Notes: generated by a model not told the origin, from the sequence alone. A stretch of 64,000 nucleotides of DNA from an uncultured Acidobacteriota bacterium (GCA_963797715.1 CAWCQS010000015.1:168792-232791); one strand, 5' to 3'; positions 48,287 through 57,877 are shown, numbered from the stretch's first letter. Numbers and translations are program-made.

Positions 48287-48765
48287 GCGCCGTTCGCGGC
48301 TGGACGCTTCCAGCCGCTGCGGTCGTGCTGACGTGTGCGAAGGTGTGGGTCCGAGTAGCGCCAGGACGGGCCGTGCGATGGGGAGCGCGGATTGGCCAGG
48401 GACACGGCTCGCACTCCCGGCGGAGATCTCTCACGGGACGCGCTGCATGCGAGGCACGTCCGACAGTCGATGCCCGGATCCGAAATCTCACTGCCGCGGT
48501 GACTGCGCTCGGCGCGCGGCGACCATTCTCCGCGACCTGCCTCGAGCAGAGCGTGGCGCTGGTGATGCTCCTTTCCATGGTCCGGATTCCCTCGCATCTG
48601 ATCGTCGGTGTGACCCGCGCCGAGTCAACCGTTCGCGCGCATGCCTGGGTCGAATCCCGCGGCGAGGTCGTGCTCGGAGGATCTCAGGCCGTGGGCCTGC
48701 AGCCGCTCGTCGGAGCGCCCGCCGCTTCGGCTGCCTCCGCGAGTGTTGCCTCGTGTCGCGGGTAA
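48283..48765 (+). CDS. Lasso peptide biosynthesis B2 protein (transglutaminase-core Cys protease)
   Basis: SATCLEQSVALVMLLSMVRIPSHLIVGV...VRAHAWVESRGEVV carries the Cys and His of the Transglut_core3 family. 160 aa. Confidence 0.85.
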   Translation: MSAVRGWTLPAAAVVLTCAKVWVRVAPGRAVRWGARIGQGHGSHSRRRSLTGRAACEARPTVDARIRNLTAAVTALGARRPFSATCLEQSVALVMLLSMVRIPSHLIVGVTRAESTVRAHAWVESRGEVVLGGSQAVGLQPLVGAPAASAASASVASCRG

Positions 48766-49889
48766 TCGACGAACACCGACGCTACCTCCGCGATCGCCAT
48801 CGCCTGTCGGCCTACGATCGCGCCATCCGCGAGGTCGTAACGCGCGGTGATGTCGTCGTCGATCTCGCCTCGGGGACGGGGATCCTCGGCCTGCTGGCGT
48901 GTCGTGCGGGTGCGTCGCGCGTCTACGCGATTGAAGAGGGTGGCATCGTCGGGGTGGCACGGCAGATTGCCAAAGCCAATGGGTTCGAACGCGTCATCTC
49001 GCCCATCCGCGGCTACTCGCGTCACGTGACGCTTCCCGAGCGCGCGGACGTCGTCGTCTGCGATCAGATCGGCGGCTTCGGCCTGGAAGCCGACATCCTG
49101 GAGCGCGCGTACGAGGTCAGGACACGGTTTCTGCGGCCCGGGGGCACATTCGTTCCGCGCGGGCTCGAGCTCATGATCGCGGCCGTCGAGCATCGGGGTC
49201 TGCACGACCGCCTCCGTTTTTGGAAAACGCGGCCCGCCGACTTCGACGTCTCCGCGGCCCTCGATATGGCCGCCAACACCGGCTATCCCGCTCGCCTTCG
49301 CCCGGAACATCTCCTCTCGCCTGCGCTCCCGGCGGCGACAATCGATCTGCTGGTCGAGCAGTCCCTGCCGCTTCATGTCCGGGGCACACTCCACATATCG
49401 CGCGCTGGGGTGCTGCACGGGATTGGAGGATGGTTCGTCGCCCTGCTCTCGCCGGGGGTCACAATGACCAACTCTCCCTTGTCGGTCGAGCGCATCAACC
49501 GCCGGCCAATCTTCTTTCCGATTGAGGACGGAGTCCCGGTCGAGGCCGGCGCCACGATCGACGTGTCGATGCGGATCCGGCCAGCCGACACAATGTACGC
49601 CTGGGAGGTGCGCGTCGCGCCAACGTCTGGTCCGGTGCTGACGTTCCGTCACACCACGCTTCGCGGCATGTTGCTCGTGCGCGACGACCTCGAGCTCACC
49701 AACCCGGCGCATCGTCCGGCGCTGACGCCCGCGGGCGTTGCGCGGATGGCTGTTCTGCGTCTGTGTGATAGCCGCCACACGCTCGGCGAGATCGAACAGC
49801 TCGTCTTTGAGGCGCATCGCGATCTGTTCGCGTCGCCGGCGGAAGCCGCGATGTTCGTCGCCGAAGTCGTGACGCGATACGGCCGGTGA
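48753..49889 (+). CDS. PRMT-fold (protein arginine N-methyltransferase-like) SAM methyltransferase with C-terminal PqqD-like extension
   Basis: Track ORF 48333..49889 is trimmed to the in-frame GTG at 48753. HRRYLRDRHRLSAYDRAI, VVVDLASGTGILGLLACRAGASRVYAIEE and VVVCDQIGGFGLEADILE align with PRMT pre-I, motif I and the double-E region. A beta-barrel-like middle follows. The last ~65 aa, LTPAGVARMAVLRLCDSRHTLGEIEQLVFEAH...AAMFVAEVV, look PqqD/RRE-like. Confidence 0.7.
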   Translation: MSRVIDEHRRYLRDRHRLSAYDRAIREVVTRGDVVVDLASGTGILGLLACRAGASRVYAIEEGGIVGVARQIAKANGFERVISPIRGYSRHVTLPERADVVVCDQIGGFGLEADILERAYEVRTRFLRPGGTFVPRGLELMIAAVEHRGLHDRLRFWKTRPADFDVSAALDMAANTGYPARLRPEHLLSPALPAATIDLLVEQSLPLHVRGTLHISRAGVLHGIGGWFVALLSPGVTMTNSPLSVERINRRPIFFPIEDGVPVEAGATIDVSMRIRPADTMYAWEVRVAPTSGPVLTFRHTTLRGMLLVRDDLELTNPAHRPALTPAGVARMAVLRLCDSRHTLGEIEQLVFEAHRDLFASPAEAAMFVAEVVTRYGR

Positions 49890-49908
49890 CCTGCCGTCTC
49901 GAACCCTC

Positions 49909-50868
49909 ATGCGCTACCGGCTTCATGGTGTGACGGTGATGAGCGAGCTCGCACTGCCGGGCGTGCGGAAGTCCTCGTCGCCCGACCAGATCGCAATCGA
50001 GGTTGCCGGCCCTCCCCACGCATCGCCGATCGACGCGTTCCATTATTGGCGCCTGAAGGGAATGCCGCGAAGTCGTCCGTGGCTCTCGATCGCGCGTGCT
50101 GAGGGCGGCTATCTGTTGCGGTTCCCGGAGCTGGCCGACTTCGACGTGTCTGCCGGCGGCGATCGAATCGTGTGCCGGCCACGTCCGAGACTGGCCGCCT
50201 CGACGCTCGTCCACCTGCTGCTCGATCAGGTGCTTCCGCTTGCGCTCAGCAGGAGAGGTCAGCTCGTTCTGCACGCGAGCGCGGTCCACATCCCCCGTCT
50301 CGGTGCCGTTGCATTTGTCGGTTCGACCGGAAGCGGCAAATCGACGCTGGCTGCCGCCTTGGGGCTGGACGGTTGCCAGGTCATCACCGACGATTGCCTG
50401 GCGATCGACGTCGGTGTGCCGCCGCTCGCGCTTCCTGGTTATCCCGGATTGCGGCTGTGGCGCGACGCCGCTCGAAGCCTGCAGATCGAACGGCACACGG
50501 ACGGTCCAGTGGCGCACTACACTTCAAAGCGGCGGTTCCAGCGAGACGCGGTTCGCTTTCGATCGGCCACGAGCCCACTGGCGGCGGTCTTCGTGTTGGG
50601 CCGGCGTCGGACCAGCGGCGCGACGCGCGCCCATCCGTTCGCCTCACGCGACGGGCTGATGGCGCTCGCATCCTTCGTTCACGTGCTCGATGTCGAAGAC
50701 CGCCGTCAACTGGCCGAAATGTTCCGAGGGCTGACCTCGCTCGTCACCCGTGTCCCGGTCGCACGGCTCAACCTTCGCGACGGCCGGCGGCAGGTCCGCG
50801 ATGCCGCGACCGAAGTCCTGGCCATTGCCCGGTCGCTGGCTGCGCCGGCGATGATCAACCGCAAATGA
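49909..50868 (+). CDS. HPr-kinase-related (HprK C-terminal-domain-like) P-loop kinase
   Basis: LHASAVHIPRLGAVAFVGSTGSGKSTLAAAL...ITDDCLAID matches the HprK-like P-loop core. It is the last gene of the lasso operon. Confidence 0.7.
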   Translation: MRYRLHGVTVMSELALPGVRKSSSPDQIAIEVAGPPHASPIDAFHYWRLKGMPRSRPWLSIARAEGGYLLRFPELADFDVSAGGDRIVCRPRPRLAASTLVHLLLDQVLPLALSRRGQLVLHASAVHIPRLGAVAFVGSTGSGKSTLAAALGLDGCQVITDDCLAIDVGVPPLALPGYPGLRLWRDAARSLQIERHTDGPVAHYTSKRRFQRDAVRFRSATSPLAAVFVLGRRRTSGATRAHPFASRDGLMALASFVHVLDVEDRRQLAEMFRGLTSLVTRVPVARLNLRDGRRQVRDAATEVLAIARSLAAPAMINRK

Positions 50869-50962
50869 GTCAAGCAGTTACCGAAAGACGCGCGTCGAAT
50901 GACGGCGCCGATTCGTGATAGGATCGTCCGTCTTTTTCTCACTGTTTCTGGAGTTTCGACCC

Positions 50963-51712
50963 ATGTCTGGCCATTCCAAGTGGCACACAATCAAGCACAA
51001 GAAGGGCGCCGCCGACGCGAAGCGCGGCAAGGTGTTCACTCGGATCATCAAGGAACTGAGCGTCGCCGCGCGAGCCGGCGGCGGCGATCCCGATTCGAAT
51101 CCGCGGCTTCGGACGATCATTGCCGAGGCCAAGGCGGTGAACATGCCCGCCGACAACATCAAGCGCGCGATTCAGCGCGGCACGGGTGAGCTGCCCGGTG
51201 TGTCGTACGAGGAAGTGACCTACGAAGCGTACGGGCCTGGCGGCGCCGCGCTCATCATCGAAGCGCTCACCGACAACCGCAACCGGACTGTCGGCGAGCT
51301 GCGGCACACGCTGACGAAGTACGGCGGGAACCTCGGCGAAACCAACAGCGTCGCCTGGATGTTCCACAAGAAAGGCTACATCGTCGTCGAGAAAGCCAAG
51401 GCGAGCGAGGACGCGCTGATGAACGCAGCGCTCGATGCCGGCGCCGACGATCTGCGCGACGATGGTGACAGCTGGGAAGTGGTATCGCCGCCGGAAGCAT
51501 TCCAGCAGGTGCTCGACGCCGTCAAGGCGCTCGGTCTCGAGCCGGCCGCGGCGGAAATCGCAATGCTGCCGCAGAACTACGTCAAGCTCGAAGGCAAGCC
51601 CGCGCAGCAGATGGTCAAGCTGATGGACGTGCTCGAAGACCACGAGGATTCGAAGAAGGTGTGGTCGAACGCCGACATCGAAGAGAAGGAGATCGAGGCC
51701 TCGTTGGCGTGA
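50963..51712 (+). CDS. yebC: YebC/PmpR-family DNA-binding transcriptional regulator
   Basis: MSGHSKWHTIKHKKGAADAKRGKVFTRIIKEL... is a diagnostic N-terminus. The track ORF is trimmed to ATG at 50963. Confidence 0.95.
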   Translation: MSGHSKWHTIKHKKGAADAKRGKVFTRIIKELSVAARAGGGDPDSNPRLRTIIAEAKAVNMPADNIKRAIQRGTGELPGVSYEEVTYEAYGPGGAALIIEALTDNRNRTVGELRHTLTKYGGNLGETNSVAWMFHKKGYIVVEKAKASEDALMNAALDAGADDLRDDGDSWEVVSPPEAFQQVLDAVKALGLEPAAAEIAMLPQNYVKLEGKPAQQMVKLMDVLEDHEDSKKVWSNADIEEKEIEASLA

Positions 51713-52257
51713 GGATCTTCGGCATCGATCCAGGCTCCGCCCGCACCGGTTACGGCTGCGTCGAGCGGATCGGCAGCCGACACGCCCTCGTCATCTGCGG
51801 CTCGCTCTCGGGCCCCCCGCGCGCGCCGTTCCAGGACAAGCTCAACGCGATTCATGACGGTCTGACGGCGCTGTTGCGCCGTCACCAGCCTGACTGCGTG
51901 GCAATCGAAGACATCTTCCATGCCCGCAACGTTCGCAGCGCGTTGAAGCTGGGCGAGGCGCGCGGCGTCGCGCTGCTCGCCGCCGCCGAGGCCGGCGTGC
52001 CTGTCGCCTCCTATGCGCCTGCGGCGATCAAGCGCGCCGTCGTCGGTTACGGTCGTGCCGAGAAGCATCAGGTGCAACACATGGTCAAGCTGCTGCTCGG
52101 ACTGCAGCAGCCACCGACGCCGCACGACGTCGCCGACGCGCTGGCAGTAGCGATTTGTCACCTGCAGGCGTCGACGGGCGGCGTGTCGGAGCGCCTGCGA
52201 GGCGCTGACGTCCGGCCGCAGTCGTCGCTGCGATCGTGGCGGCAGTATCGACCATGA
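51709..52257 (+). CDS. ruvC: Crossover junction endodeoxyribonuclease RuvC
   Basis: The GTG at 51709 overlaps the yebC TGA. VRIFGIDPGSARTGYG...VAIEDIF...ADALAVAICH. Confidence 0.9.
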   Translation: MRIFGIDPGSARTGYGCVERIGSRHALVICGSLSGPPRAPFQDKLNAIHDGLTALLRRHQPDCVAIEDIFHARNVRSALKLGEARGVALLAAAEAGVPVASYAPAAIKRAVVGYGRAEKHQVQHMVKLLLGLQQPPTPHDVADALAVAICHLQASTGGVSERLRGADVRPQSSLRSWRQYRP

Positions 52258-52393
52258 TCTCAGCTCAGAGCGGCCGTGCTGAAATGTTGTTCGAATGTGT
52301 CCCGAGCGTGAATCAGCAGCGCCTGCGGCCGCGTCCGAGCGCGAATGCGCGAGGACGCCGCGAGCGGGGGTGGGGCCCCGCGAGCTCTGATCG

Positions 52394-53002
52394 ATGATCG
52401 CGCAGCTTCGTGGGACGTTGGTCGAGAAGCACCCAAGCCGCGTCGTCGTTGATGTCGCCGGCGTGGGCTATGACGTGCAGGTGCCGCTCTCGACGTTCTA
52501 CGGGCTGGGCGAGCCGGGTGAGACGGTGGCGCTTCGGATCCACACGCACGTGCGCGAGGATCAGATTGCGCTCTTCGGGTTCAGCACCTCGCTCGAGCAG
52601 GATCTCTTCGAGCGGTTGATTGCGATCAGCGGCATCGGGCCGAAGTTGGGGCTGTCGGTGCTCTCGGGGATCGAGCCGGCCGATCTCGTGCGCGCGATTC
52701 GGGTGCAGGATGTTGCCCGGCTCACCAAGATTCCGGGTGTGGGAAAGAAGACGGCCGAGCGCATTGGGCTGGAGCTGAAGGATCGGTTGCCGCACGTCAC
52801 AATCGAGGCTCCGGGGCCAGCATCAGCATCCGGCCGGCCTGAAGATCAACTGCGCGACGATCTGCTCTCAGCGCTCGTGAACCTCGGCTATCAGGCGCCC
52901 GCCGCACAGAAGGCCATCGACAGCGTGCTGAAGGCCACGCCGGCTGCGGGATTCGAACAGGCATTGCGTGAAGCGCTCCGCTCGATGATGAAGGGGGCAT
53001 GA
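52394..53002 (+). CDS. ruvA: Holliday junction branch migration complex subunit RuvA
   Basis: [31 protein letters not shown]...[18 protein letters not shown]...[12 protein letters not shown]. Confidence 0.95.
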   Translation: MIAQLRGTLVEKHPSRVVVDVAGVGYDVQVPLSTFYGLGEPGETVALRIHTHVREDQIALFGFSTSLEQDLFERLIAISGIGPKLGLSVLSGIEPADLVRAIRVQDVARLTKIPGVGKKTAERIGLELKDRLPHVTIEAPGPASASGRPEDQLRDDLLSALVNLGYQAPAAQKAIDSVLKATPAAGFEQALREALRSMMKGA

Positions 53003-54015
53003 CCGACAACCGTCTCGTAACCGCCGCCAAGGCCGAAGACGACGCCCAGTACGAAGCCGGCCTGCGGCCGCGCACGCTCGACGACTACATCGGACAGGAT
53101 CGCGTGCGCGAGAACCTGCAGGTGTCGATTGCGGCGGCGAAGCAGCGTGGTGAGGCGCTCGACCACGTGCTGCTCTACGGTCCGCCGGGTCTCGGCAAGA
53201 CGACGCTGGCCTATGTCATCGCCAACGAGCTCGGTGTCGCGATCCGATCGACCGCCGGGCCGGTGATCGAGAAAGCGGGCGACCTCGCCGCGATCCTCAC
53301 CAATCTGCAGGAGCGCGACGTGCTCTTCATCGACGAAGTGCACCGCATGCAGCCGACGATCGAGGAGACGCTGTATCCGGCGATGGAGGACTATGTCCTC
53401 GACATCATGATCGGCCAGGGTCCCGGTGCCCGGTCGGTCAAGATGCCGCTCCAGCCGTATACGCTCGTGGGCGCGACGACGCGCACCGGCTTGCTGACGT
53501 CGCCGCTGCGCGCCCGCTTCGGCATCGTCCACCGTCTCGACTACTACGACGATGGCGACATCGAGGAGATCGTGCGACGGTCGGCCCGCATCCTCGGCGT
53601 GCCGATCGACGACGATGCGGCGGTGGAGATTGCGCGCCGCTCGCGCGGTACGCCGCGCGTCGCCAACCGGCTGCTACGCCGCGTTCGAGACTATGCGCAG
53701 GTACGCGCCGACGGGCATATCACCGGGTCGGTTGCCGACGGTGCGCTGCGTCTGCTCGAGGTCGATGCGCGTGGATTCGACGAGATCGATCGCCGTCTGC
53801 TGCGAACGATAATCGACAAGTTCGGCGGCGGACCAGTCGGCGTCGGGACGTTGGCCGCGGCGATGAGCGAAGAGAAAGACACGATCGAAGAAATCTACGA
53901 ACCGTTTCTCATCCAGATTGGGTTCCTCGACCGGACGCCGAGAGGTCGCGTTGCCACCGCGCGTGCCTACGAGTACTTCGGCCTGAACGCCCCAGCAAAG
54001 GATCGCTTGTGGTAG
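52999..54015 (+). CDS. ruvB: Holliday junction DNA helicase RuvB
   Basis: [19 protein letters not shown]...[14 protein letters not shown]...LFIDEVHR.... Confidence 0.95.
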   Translation: MTDNRLVTAAKAEDDAQYEAGLRPRTLDDYIGQDRVRENLQVSIAAAKQRGEALDHVLLYGPPGLGKTTLAYVIANELGVAIRSTAGPVIEKAGDLAAILTNLQERDVLFIDEVHRMQPTIEETLYPAMEDYVLDIMIGQGPGARSVKMPLQPYTLVGATTRTGLLTSPLRARFGIVHRLDYYDDGDIEEIVRRSARILGVPIDDDAAVEIARRSRGTPRVANRLLRRVRDYAQVRADGHITGSVADGALRLLEVDARGFDEIDRRLLRTIIDKFGGGPVGVGTLAAAMSEEKDTIEEIYEPFLIQIGFLDRTPRGRVATARAYEYFGLNAPAKDRLW

Positions 54016-54053
54016 AGAGTCAGCGACAGATTGCCGGCATGGCCGGCGCCACC

Positions 54054-55043
54054 ATGCGGCCGGTGAAGATTGCCGGCTTGTCGACCTACGTGCCGCCGCG
54101 GGTGTTGACGAACCTCGATCTCGAAAAAATGGTCGAGACGACGAACGAGTGGATTCTGCAACGCACCGGCATCCGCGAGCGCCACATCGTCGATCCCGGG
54201 GTCGCCACGTCTGACCTGGCGAAAGAAGCAGCGCTCGGCGCAATGCAGCAGGCTGGCGTCGACCCGACCGAGATTGGCTTCATTGTCGTCGGCACGACCA
54301 CGCCGGATACGATTTTCCCGAGCACCGCCTGCGTGCTTCAGGACAAGATCGGAGCGACCTCGGCCTGGGGGTTCGACCTCGGCGCCGCCTGCTCAGGGTT
54401 CACCTACGCGCTGACGACCGGCATGCAGATGGTCGCGAGCGGCGCGCACGATCACGCGCTCGTCGTCGGCGCCGACGTGATGTCGAGCATCATCGACTAC
54501 ACCGACCGCGCGACGTGCATTCTCTTTGGCGACGGCGCCGGCGCGGTCGTGCTGTCGGTCGCCGAACCGGGCGAGCCGTCGATCATCGGGTTCTCGCACG
54601 AGATCGATGGCAGCGGCGGACCATCGTTGTGCATGCCGGCCGGCGGCAGCCGCGTACCGGCTTCGCACGAAACCGTCGACCAGCGGCTGCATTACGTCAA
54701 GCAGGATGGCCAGGCCGTCTTCAAGTTTGCCGTGAGAAAGACCGAGGAGATCTGCCAGCGCGTGCTGCACAAGTACGGCGTCGACCCGTCGGAGGTCGAC
54801 CTCTTCGTCTCGCATCAGGCGAACCGCCGCATCATCCAGGCCGCGGCCGACCGCCTCGGCCTCCCCGAGTGCAAGGTCGTGATCAACCTCGAGCGATTCG
54901 GCAACACGACCGCCGCCACGATTCCCCTGGCGCTCGCCGACGCAGTCGCGGAGAAGCGAATCAAGAAGGGCAGCCTGGTGCTGATGACTTCCGTCGGCGC
55001 CGGCTTCACCGTTGGCGCCGTGCTGCTGCGCTGGGGATTGTAG
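54054..55043 (+). CDS. fabH: Beta-ketoacyl-ACP synthase III
   Basis: MRPVKIAGLSTYVPPRVLTNLDLEKMVETTNEWILQRTGIRERH. Active-site GAACSGFTYAL, HQANRRI and FGNTTAATIP. The start is chosen at ATG 54054 (upstream in-frame ATGs at 54039 and 54009 are possible). Confidence 0.9.
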   Translation: MRPVKIAGLSTYVPPRVLTNLDLEKMVETTNEWILQRTGIRERHIVDPGVATSDLAKEAALGAMQQAGVDPTEIGFIVVGTTTPDTIFPSTACVLQDKIGATSAWGFDLGAACSGFTYALTTGMQMVASGAHDHALVVGADVMSSIIDYTDRATCILFGDGAGAVVLSVAEPGEPSIIGFSHEIDGSGGPSLCMPAGGSRVPASHETVDQRLHYVKQDGQAVFKFAVRKTEEICQRVLHKYGVDPSEVDLFVSHQANRRIIQAAADRLGLPECKVVINLERFGNTTAATIPLALADAVAEKRIKKGSLVLMTSVGAGFTVGAVLLRWGL

Positions 55044-55081
55044 CGTTCGGCTTGAGCCGGACTTTGCACCCGCGTGCGGGG

Positions 55082-57773
55082 TTACAACAGGCCGACGCGG
55101 TCGTCGCCTCGCGGCGTCGAGTCTCCACGTGCGACCTGGTGCTCGACGATAGCAACGTGGCGCGCTGGCGCCTGCAGCTTGAAAGAAAACCTCATGCCGT
55201 GCCCGGCGCTCCGTTCGGCGCCGAGAGAGCCGTCGTGAAGGTCCATGATCATCTGGCAGATCGGCAGGCCCAGCCCCATGCCGTTGACCTTGGTCGTGTA
55301 GAACGGCTCGAACGCCAGGGCCATCTGCTCGTCGGTCAGGCCGATACCGTGGTCGGTGACCGAGACCACCACTGAGTCCCCATCTACGGCTGTTCCGAGC
55401 GAGACGTGTCTGAATTCAGTCGGCTGGTGCTCGACCGCGTCACAGGCGTTCATCAGCAGGTTGAGGGCGACCTGCTGGAGCTGCACGCGGTCGCCGAACA
55501 CTCTCGGGAGATCGGGCTCGAGCTCGACCGTCAGAGAGATTCGCCTCGCCATCAGGTCGGCGCGAAGCACCTTGACGACTTCGTTAAGGCCGGCGTTCAA
55601 ATCGACCTCTGAGTGTGCGGACGTATCCCGTTTCAGGAGAGCGCCCACGTGTTCAATCACGTCGTTCGCGCGCTGGCTGTCGGCGACGATGTCAGCAAGC
55701 GCGTGGTCGAGTTCAGCGACATCGGGACTCGGTTGGCCGATGAAGCGACGCGCCGCCTGGGCATTGGTGCGGATCGCGGCGAGCGGCTGCCGGATCTCGT
55801 GAGCGAGCGATCCGGTCAACGCCGCGAGGGTCGAGACCCGGCTGATGTGGGCCAGTTCCTGCCGCAGGTCGCGGGCCTGCTGTTCGGCGCGCTTGCCTTC
55901 CGTTACGTCGCGAACGATCGTCAGAATCCGATCGTTACAGCGCACGGCACGCACTTCGTAGTACCGGATTTGGCCGGCGACCGGCACGAAGGTACTCGTG
56001 CGTCCCGGGGTCATCCGTTCGAGCGACACGATCGAACAGGCGAGTGAGATCGGCTGCGAGCTCGGGTGGGAGCACCTCGGTCACGTGGCGGCCGACGAAG
56101 TCCTGGGGCTCGGCCAGCAGGAATTCCCTGTCCTTGACGTGGCAATCCAGAAACACCCCGTCAGCGCTCATCAGGAAGACCCAATCGGGAAGCGCGCGGA
56201 GGATTGCGCGATGCCTGACCTCGACCTGCTGCTGTGCGGTGACGTCGAGCGCAACCGACAGCACGTACGATTGTCCATCCATGGAGATCGTGTCGGCCGA
56301 AAAGAGGATCGCCAGCTCTTCGCCGGCCTTTGACCGCCATCGAACCTCGCGATTCACGACTTTCCCGTGCTGCTTCAGGTGGGCCACCATGTCGGCGCGA
56401 TCGGCCTGGTCGATCCAGAGTCCGAGCTCCTGCGAGGTTCGACCGATGACCTCGCTCCGGTGATACCCCGTTGCCTGCTCGCAGGCGTCGTTGATTTCTA
56501 TGACGCGTCCATCCTCGAGGGTGCTGATGGCGATGGAGCTGGGACTCGCCCTGAAGGCGGCGGCGAATTTAGCTTCCGACACCCGCAGGGCGCGCTCTGC
56601 CTTGACCCGTTCCGTGACGTCGTGAGCCATGCCTCTCACGATGGGAGCCGGCACACCGTCGGTTCGAAGTGTGCTTCGAAACTCCCACATGCGTCGCTCG
56701 CCGGTGCGGGTCATGACGGCCAGGAGCCCGCGTGCGATCCCGTCTCGCCGGAGGTCGGCAATGTACGCATCGAACCTGTCTCGGGTATCCGGAGCGAGCA
56801 GCTGCGGAATGGTCATACGCGCGAGCTCGTCCGGCGAGTACCCCAGAATCCGAGCCGGCGGGTCGTTGACCGTGAGAAGTCGACCCTCGAGGTCATGGGT
56901 GGCGATCAGGTCTTCACTGTGCTCGACCAGGTCGCGATACCTGTCTTCGCTGTCTCGAAGCGCCTGTTCGACTCGACGGCGTTCGCTGATTTCCGCCTGA
57001 AGGACGGCGTTCTCGTCGAGGGCCTCACGCTGGCACCGGAGACTCTCCTCGAGTGCCCGTCTGGATCGCGTGAAGTCCTCCACGAGAAGGAGGACCATCC
57101 CGAGGCAGATGCCGTACGCGCTGACGACATCGACGAGAAAGAGGAGCGGCCGCAAGGCGGCCTCATCGTTGAAGATGGCAGCGAAGGGGGCCGCGGCACC
57201 AGCCACGAGTCGCCCAGTAGCAGCCACTCCGTATACCGCCTGAACCAAGCTGTACACCAGGCAGGCGATCGCGGTCTCGTAGCAGGCGAGCGAGCCCGTT
57301 TCCCGCCCACGGCGGACGAACACGACGACCGAAAAGAGTGCAGCGGCAGCCAGGGCCCAAGCGCGCGGCGCCAGCCGAAGGGAGAAGCTGTCGATTGCAT
57401 TGTGGAGCGCGAGGGACGCGAAGAAGGTCACGATTGCGGCCACGAGTGCTGATGCAATCCCCAGTGTCCGCCATGCCCGTTCAGGCGTCACGGAGGATCG
57501 AAGGCTGGCGACTCCGACCATCAGCAGCACAGGCTGGAGATAGCCACAAATCGTGGCGAGAAACGCCAGCGTGCCGACGGCAGGACTCCACTTCGCTGAC
57601 AGGGGCAGCGTCAACACGCCCAGCAGCAGATACACCGCGAACATGGTCCACGCCCACCCCCACCACAGGAAGAATGGGCGTCGGCCGAGCCTCGCATGCA
57701 GCACCCAAAGAACCGTAACCAGGCCCGCAGAAATGAGCGATTGAAGGACAGCGAACCAGCTCAGGCTCGTCAA
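55082..57773 (-). pseudogene. Membrane-anchored multi-PAS sensor histidine kinase, split by a frameshift
   Basis: Track ORF 55935..57773 has a multi-TM N-terminus plus PAS repeats and ends ...DDPGTHEY followed by nonsense. Track ORF 55082..56029 continues the same PAS domain, FVPVAGQIRYYEVRAVRCNDRILTIVRDVTEGKRAEQ. HisKA (SLAHEIRQPL) and a HATPase_c domain follow (the domain includes DHGIGL and GMGLGLPICQ). The junction is at about 55988-55994. Confidence 0.8.
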
Positions 57774-57877
57774 AAAAAGCTGCTCCGGATGTAGGTGGAT
57801 GCTCTGGCCGATCGGGACCCTGAAACTCTACCGCAAAGGCGCGGCCGAACAAAAGACTGTGCAGGTCGCCGGGCCGA

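Noticed and set aside
48333-48752. The N-terminal 140 codons of track ORF 48333..49889, which would make a 518-aa methyltransferase.
   Set aside because: This region is occupied in another frame by the B2 protease gene with its catalytic Cys/His motifs. The PRMT-like homology begins only after the in-frame GTG at 48753.
12655-50868. The EPS + lasso region considered as a horizontally acquired island or mobile element.
   Set aside because: I saw no integrase, transposase, flanking tRNA or direct-repeat boundaries. By eye the GC-richness and codon style match the flanking housekeeping genes. Composition was not computed, so this remains untested rather than disproved.
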